DNA of 64,000 bases from Sphaerochaeta sp. (GTDB taxonomy: Bacteria > Spirochaetota > Spirochaetia > Sphaerochaetales > Sphaerochaetaceae): positions 1,101 to 65,100 of the forward strand of contig JALOBD010000001.1 in assembly GCA_023228445.1 (NCBI GenBank), written 5' to 3'. The notes beneath the pieces were generated by a model that saw only the letters and a program-made list of their open reading frames with translations, was not told the DNA's origin and ran no database searches. Numbering within the stretch: position 1 is the first letter of the stretch; every line of letters starts with the position of its first letter. Made by a program: the position numbers and the translations under genes. Positions 58,588 to 64,000 of this stretch are shown in pieces.

Positions 58588-59916
58588 ATGAGTCGATATG
58601 ATACCCAGGACATAATCTACGCCCTTGCAACGCCCTGGGCTCGAAGTGGCCTGGCGGTGATCAGAATCAGCGGAGCGGGGTGCAAAGAGGCGCTCGCTCC
58701 CTATTTTTCACGCCCTGCCGCGCTTCTCGGCGCGCCCAACGCCACCATGGTGCACGGCTCTCTCATCGATGAGGCAGCAGCGCGCATCGACGAGGTGGTG
58801 TTGGCCATCAACACCGATGGGCATGGGTATACAGCCGAAGAGGCGATCGAGATCTCCTGCCACGGCTCGTTGGCGGTCATCCAGGCGATCCTCGCCCTCC
58901 TGGGGAGGATCGGGATGCGTAGCGCCGAAGCCGGTGAATTCACCTTCCGCGCCTTCCTCCATGGGCGGGTCGACCTCACCCAGGCCGAAGCAGTGGAGGA
59001 GTTGGTCAGTTCGGTGAGCCAGCGCTCACGCTCGCTCTCCCTCTCCCGCCTCGAGGGGAAGCTGCGCCAGCGCATCGATATGCTCAAGGATACGCTGCTC
59101 ACCATACTGGCTGCCGTCGAGGTGCAGCTCGACTACGCAGAGGACGAGCTGGATGAGTTTGTCTTCCCCACCCAGGCCCTCACCGACTTGATCGCCTCCA
59201 TCGGCTCCTTGGCGGATACCTACCAGATCGGCCGCCTCTACAAGCGGGGGGCGAAGGTGGTGCTTGCAGGCTCGACGAACGTGGGAAAGAGTTCGCTCTT
59301 CAACCTGTTGCTCAAGGAGGAGCGTTCCATCGTCAGCCCGTATCGAGGCACGACGCGTGATTACATCGAGGCGGACCTCGAGGTCGGGGGAATCCCCATC
59401 CGCCTCTACGACACCGCCGGGTTGCGCGAGAGTGAGGACCTGGTCGAACAGGAGGGGGTCGTACGCAGTGAGCGCCTCATCGGGCAAGCTGATCTGGTCA
59501 TCCACCTTGTGGACTCCACCGATTTGGGCCACATCCCCGAGGAGGATGGGCGCACCATCGTCGTCTACAACAAGAGCGATTTGGCTCGGATTGGGGGGGA
59601 CAAGCTCGCCATCAGCGCACAGAGTGGGGAGGGGGTGGCCCGTCTTCTCGAAGTGGTCGAGGCGTACCTGAAGCGCTCGATCCCCGAGGGTGGGGACGAG
59701 GAGCTGGTCATAGAGGGTGAACGGCAGTGGCGTCTTTTGGGGGGGGCGAAGGGTGCGCTGCTTCGCGCCCTTCACCTGGTGCAAGCCGATGCAGTGTTGG
59801 ATGTGGTCGCTGTCGAGCTTGGGGAGGCGCTCTCCAACCTCGGCGAGCTCACCGGCGAGGTACGCAGCGACGACATCCTTGAGCGGATCTTCAGCGGATT
59901 CTGCGTAGGAAAGTAA
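58588..59916 (+). CDS. mnmE: tRNA modification GTPase MnmE
   Basis: [34 protein letters not shown]-terminal FCVGK. Confidence 0.98.
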   Translation: MSRYDTQDIIYALATPWARSGLAVIRISGAGCKEALAPYFSRPAALLGAPNATMVHGSLIDEAAARIDEVVLAINTDGHGYTAEEAIEISCHGSLAVIQAILALLGRIGMRSAEAGEFTFRAFLHGRVDLTQAEAVEELVSSVSQRSRSLSLSRLEGKLRQRIDMLKDTLLTILAAVEVQLDYAEDELDEFVFPTQALTDLIASIGSLADTYQIGRLYKRGAKVVLAGSTNVGKSSLFNLLLKEERSIVSPYRGTTRDYIEADLEVGGIPIRLYDTAGLRESEDLVEQEGVVRSERLIGQADLVIHLVDSTDLGHIPEEDGRTIVVYNKSDLARIGGDKLAISAQSGEGVARLLEVVEAYLKRSIPEGGDEELVIEGERQWRLLGGAKGALLRALHLVQADAVLDVVAVELGEALSNLGELTGEVRSDDILERIFSGFCVGK

Positions 59917-59917
59917 G

Positions 59918-61729
59918 ATGGACTATGATGCGATAGTGGTGGGAGGGGGGCACGCCGGGATCGAGGCGTCGCTGGCCCTCTCACGGATTGGATTTTCGAC
60001 ACTCCTGGTGACCCAACGCCTCGATACCATCGGCGCCTTGTCATGCAACCCGGCCATCGGTGGGCTCTCCAAGGGCAATATCGTTCGCGAGATCGATGCA
60101 CTGGGTGGAGAGATGGCCCACCTCATCGACCACTCGATGATCCAGTTTCGGATCCTCAACCGCCGGCGCGGGCCGGCGGTGCAGGCCCCACGCGCCCAGG
60201 CGGACAAGTTCACCTACAACCGTCTGGCCAAGGAGACGGTGGAAGGGCAGTCCAACCTGGCCCTCTTCATGGATACCGTGGTCGACCTCCTGCTCGATGA
60301 GGCGGAGAGGGTGTATCGAGGGATCATCACCGAACGCGGGCACACCATCACCAGCAGGGTCTTGGTGCTCACCACCGGCACCTTCATGGAGGGCAAGATC
60401 TTCATCGGGGAGTGGGAGACCTCAGCCGGACGCCTCGGAGAGGCGGCTGCCATCGGACTGGGGACCGCACTTCGCCAGAAGGGCTTTCCGGTGGGGAGGA
60501 TGAAGACCGGAACCCCGGCACGGGTGCGCCGTTCGTCCATCGACTTCTCCCGGGTGGAGACTCAGCAGGGCGATGCGATCATGCTTCCCTTCAGTTTCGA
60601 CTACCCCACCATCGATCGCCCGATGCGGGACTGCTATATTACCTGGACCAACGAACAGACCCATCGGATCATCGGTGAGAACATGGCACGCTCCCCGCTC
60701 TATGGAGGCAAGATCAGCGGTATCGGACCGCGCTACTGTCCCTCCATCGAGGATAAGGTGGTGCGCTTCCCCGAGCGTGAGCGCCACCAGATCTTCATCG
60801 AGCCGGAGGGGATCGGCACCGAGGAGATGTACCTCAACGGTATCTCCTCCTCACTGCCTGAGGACGTGCAAGCAGCCTTCATCCACTCCATCGCCGGTCT
60901 TGAGGAGGCTGAAATCATGCGCCCGGCCTATGCTGTCGAGTACGACTACATCGACCCGACGGCGCTCTACCCCTCGCTGGAGAGCAAACTCGTCGATGGC
61001 CTCTTCATCGCCGGGCAGACCAATGGGACCAGTGGCTACGAGGAGGCGGCCTGCCAAGGCCTCATGGCGGGCATCAACGCAGCTCAAAAACTGAAGGGGG
61101 AGAAGCCGGTGGTCCTCGGTCGCCACGAGGCGTACATCGGTGTACTCATCGACGATCTGGTGACGATGGGGACGAAGGAGCCGTACCGGATGTTTACCAG
61201 CCGCGCCGAGTACCGCCTCAACCTCCGCCACGACAGTGGAGACGTCCGCCTTACCAAGAAGGGGTGGGAGGTCGGCCTCCAAAGCGATGAACACCTTGCT
61301 CGGCTTGAGGAGAAGCTGCGTCGTATCGAGGCGGTCAAGGACCTCCTTGCACAGCACACCCATCGGGAGAAGAGTGCGCTCGCCGCACTGAAGATGCCCG
61401 AGGTCACCATCGAGGAGTTGCAGGGCGTGGTCCCCGCGTTGGGCCGCTTCGATGAGGCGACGTTGCACCAAGTGGAGCTGGACGTCAAGTACGCCGGCTA
61501 CATCGACAGACAACAGCGTCAGGTCGACCGCTTCACCCGCCTGGAGGCGATGGCCATCGACCCGCTCTTCGACTACGACAGTGTTGAAGGGCTGAGCAGC
61601 GAGGGGCGGGAGAAGTTGAAGGCGGTGCGCCCCTTCTCGGTGGGCCAAGCGTCCCGCATCAACGGGGTGCGCAACAGCGATGTGGCGATCCTCATCGTAC
61701 ACCTCAGGCGAGGAGGTGGCCATGTATGA
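59918..61729 (+). CDS. mnmG: tRNA uridine-5-carboxymethylaminomethyl enzyme MnmG (GidA)
   Basis: [46 protein letters not shown]. Confidence 0.99.
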   Translation: MDYDAIVVGGGHAGIEASLALSRIGFSTLLVTQRLDTIGALSCNPAIGGLSKGNIVREIDALGGEMAHLIDHSMIQFRILNRRRGPAVQAPRAQADKFTYNRLAKETVEGQSNLALFMDTVVDLLLDEAERVYRGIITERGHTITSRVLVLTTGTFMEGKIFIGEWETSAGRLGEAAAIGLGTALRQKGFPVGRMKTGTPARVRRSSIDFSRVETQQGDAIMLPFSFDYPTIDRPMRDCYITWTNEQTHRIIGENMARSPLYGGKISGIGPRYCPSIEDKVVRFPERERHQIFIEPEGIGTEEMYLNGISSSLPEDVQAAFIHSIAGLEEAEIMRPAYAVEYDYIDPTALYPSLESKLVDGLFIAGQTNGTSGYEEAACQGLMAGINAAQKLKGEKPVVLGRHEAYIGVLIDDLVTMGTKEPYRMFTSRAEYRLNLRHDSGDVRLTKKGWEVGLQSDEHLARLEEKLRRIEAVKDLLAQHTHREKSALAALKMPEVTIEELQGVVPALGRFDEATLHQVELDVKYAGYIDRQQRQVDRFTRLEAMAIDPLFDYDSVEGLSSEGREKLKAVRPFSVGQASRINGVRNSDVAILIVHLRRGGGHV

Positions 61730-62372
61730 GCAGTTGATCGACACGGGCCTTGCCCATTTGGGTTTGGCCCTCGACAGCGTCCAGCGCGTCCAGCTTGATC
61801 GCTACATCGCCGAACTTGAGCGCTTCAACCCTACCTATAAACTGGTCGGCTCCAGTGGAGAGGAGTTGGTCATCCGCCACATCTTCGACAGCCTCGCCGC
61901 GGTCAAGACGATCGAGGCGATCACCCGAGGGCAGAAGCGGGTACGTCTTGCCGATTTGGGAAGTGGGGCAGGGTTGCCAGGCATTCCGTTGGCCATCGCG
62001 CTACCCCACTCCTCGGTGGCGCTGGTGGAACGGATGCAGCGGCGTGTCGGCTTCCTGCGCTCTGCAATCGTCGCCTCCGCTCTCACCGAACGGGTACGGA
62101 TACTCGATGTTGACCTCTCTCAGGTGCGTGAGCGCTTTGATGTGGTCACCTTCCGTGCACTCCGCCCGCTTGTCGAGATTCTCGACCGCGTCGCCCCGCT
62201 CGTCGATGAGGGGGCGATGATCTGCGCCTACAAGGGGCAACGTGAACAGGTATTGGCGGAGCTGGCAGCAGTTGAAGAGGGGTGCAAGAGCCGTTGGGAG
62301 AGCGAGTTGGTCGCCATCGAGGTGCCGATGCTCGCCTCCGAGCGGACACTTTGCCTTCTGAGAAAGATTTGA
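61722..62372 (+). CDS. rsmG: 16S rRNA m7G527 methyltransferase (GidB)
   Basis: [27 protein letters not shown]; follows mnmG. Confidence 0.96.
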   Translation: MYEQLIDTGLAHLGLALDSVQRVQLDRYIAELERFNPTYKLVGSSGEELVIRHIFDSLAAVKTIEAITRGQKRVRLADLGSGAGLPGIPLAIALPHSSVALVERMQRRVGFLRSAIVASALTERVRILDVDLSQVRERFDVVTFRALRPLVEILDRVAPLVDEGAMICAYKGQREQVLAELAAVEEGCKSRWESELVAIEVPMLASERTLCLLRKI

Positions 62373-62395
62373 TACCATCAGCGGGGAGGCATGAG

Positions 62396-64000
62396 ATGGC
62401 AGGACGCAAGGGAAGAGTATCGTTGATCTTGGCTGTGTTGACGTTGGTGATGACCGTCTCTGCCATCGCCTTGGTTGCCACTTCCTTCATCGCCTTGGAT
62501 TCTGCACCCCTCTCTCTGATCATCGGGTGGTTGCATGACCACCTCTCCTTTGCTGCCGATGGCTCGCCTTGGGGCCTGGTGCCGTTGCCCATCCTGCTGG
62601 CAGCCCTCTTTGCCATGATCGTCGCCATCAGGCGGGGCAAGCGTATCTTCTACTTGCTCATTGTGCTGGTGTCGGTGATGACCTACACCCTCTACACCCT
62701 CAGCCACATGGTGGTGGAGTCTGCCCGGCCCTACCTCGCCCCCTATCTGTTGGCCTCCTCTCACACGTGGCGCAGTGCCTCGCTGAAAGTGGTGATCGCT
62801 TTCTTGGCGGAGATGGGCGTGCTCATCGCCATCGTCCTCATCGCCGATGCCCTCTCCCACATGAAGGCACTGCGTACGGTGCGAGAGAAAAAGCGTCAGC
62901 AGCAGCACGTTCGGCCAGAACGGAAGCAGAAGGAACGGATGAGGGGTAAACGGAGGCAGCGGATAGCCCGAGAGGTGTCGGTTGCAGCGCCGCAGGCAGA
63001 GCCCTCGCCCTTTGAGGTTGTCGATATCCCAGCAATGGAGAGCTTCTCACGCCCCTATGTGAGCCAGGTGAACGAGGAGCGGGGAATTGAACATGATGCT
63101 GAGCTCGGCAAGCTCTCCACCGGTGCGCTCCATGTCCTGGGCGAGGAGCGTAAGCGCAATCAGGGACAGAGCTACCTGGAGCGGCGGCAACAGGAGCTCT
63201 CGGTGAAACCCAAAGCCGATGGGAGGGGAGGGCAGCAGCGCGAGAAGGACGACGCCCTCTCCGGCTTCCTGGTCGGGGCCCTGGAGGCCATCGGACGGCC
63301 GGCGAAGAAGCAGAGTGACCCGGTGCCCCGCCCCCGAGGGCGAGGAAAGGGGATGCTCGTCGAGGCAGTAGCCAAGGAGGAGGTGCGCCAAGAGCAGCCG
63401 ATGGTCGTCAAAGAGCGGATCGTTGCCGTGACCGTGGAGGAGCCTTCCAGCCCGCCCGCCCCTGTCAGAGAGCAACCGCCGGCTCGCCCACCCGTCGCTG
63501 AGACACCCCTCAGCGATCCGGCCCCCGAGGTGGAGGACCCGCTTGAGACCTCCAACGGTATCGGTGGTCTGGTGAGAGGGGAGGGGAAGAGCGCGTTGCT
63601 CAACCGAGGCAAGATCGGATACAAGTATCCGCCCGAGAGCATGCTCGACACCTATGAGAAGATCGGCGACATCGTCGACGGGCCAACCATCAAGCGGGGA
63701 GAGCTCCTGGTGGCCACCTTGGCCCAGTTCTCCATCACGGTCGAACTGACCAACATTGTCCGAGGCCCCACCGTCACGATGTTCGAGCTGCTGCCCGCCC
63801 CCGGGGTACGGGTCAACTCAATCGCCAACCTCGCCGACAACATCGCCTTGGCCCTGGCCGCCACCCAGGTGCGGATCGTTGCCCCGATCCCGGGCAAGAG
63901 CGCGGTGGGGGTGGAGATCCCCAACGTCAAGCGCGATATCATCGGATTTCGAGAGATGTTGGGCTTCCTCAAGCCCGAGCTCGGCGTGCCGATGGTGCTC
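62396..64000 (+). CDS. ftsK: DNA translocase FtsK/SpoIIIE (3' truncated by window; absent from the ORF track)
   Basis: Frame from ATG 62396: TM region, Pro/Glu linker, then GPTVTMFELLPAPGVRV...IRIVAPIPGK-like RIVAPIPGKSAVGVEIPN alpha domain. Confidence 0.93.
   Translation, partial: MAGRKGRVSLILAVLTLVMTVSAIALVATSFIALDSAPLSLIIGWLHDHLSFAADGSPWGLVPLPILLAALFAMIVAIRRGKRIFYLLIVLVSVMTYTLYTLSHMVVESARPYLAPYLLASSHTWRSASLKVVIAFLAEMGVLIAIVLIADALSHMKALRTVREKKRQQQHVRPERKQKERMRGKRRQRIAREVSVAAPQAEPSPFEVVDIPAMESFSRPYVSQVNEERGIEHDAELGKLSTGALHVLGEERKRNQGQSYLERRQQELSVKPKADGRGGQQREKDDALSGFLVGALEAIGRPAKKQSDPVPRPRGRGKGMLVEAVAKEEVRQEQPMVVKERIVAVTVEEPSSPPAPVREQPPARPPVAETPLSDPAPEVEDPLETSNGIGGLVRGEGKSALLNRGKIGYKYPPESMLDTYEKIGDIVDGPTIKRGELLVATLAQFSITVELTNIVRGPTVTMFELLPAPGVRVNSIANLADNIALALAATQVRIVAPIPGKSAVGVEIPNVKRDIIGFREMLGFLKPELGVPMVL

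Overview
Core chromosomal region of a GC-rich spirochaete, most likely Sphaerochaetaceae. This is inferred from gene order (lptC-lptA-lptB-rpoN / hpf / hprK-ptsH-lexA-holA, uvrC, polA-coaE, mnmE-mnmG-rsmG-ftsK) mixed with Firmicutes-like metabolic genes. About 59 CDS and one tRNA-Arg(CCG); no CRISPR, prophage, IS or rRNA seen. The content is mostly housekeeping. The best leads are: (1) about 11 genes with a sigma70 -10 box 6-9 nt before an SD-less ATG, suggesting pervasive leaderless translation, including a symmetric epmA/mnmE promoter pair sharing one palindromic -35; (2) a ~220-nt highly structured candidate ncRNA between uvrC and holA; (3) an NadE whose glutaminase nucleophile is Cys->Gly, near an intact stand-alone C-N hydrolase; (4) other apparent pseudo-enzymes (YmdB-like, stand-alone E2 domain); (5) an inverted hpf and an operon-embedded lexA; (6) uncharacterised envelope proteins with repeats or beta-barrel-like domains. 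All calls are from reading motifs by eye; no searches or folding programs were run.
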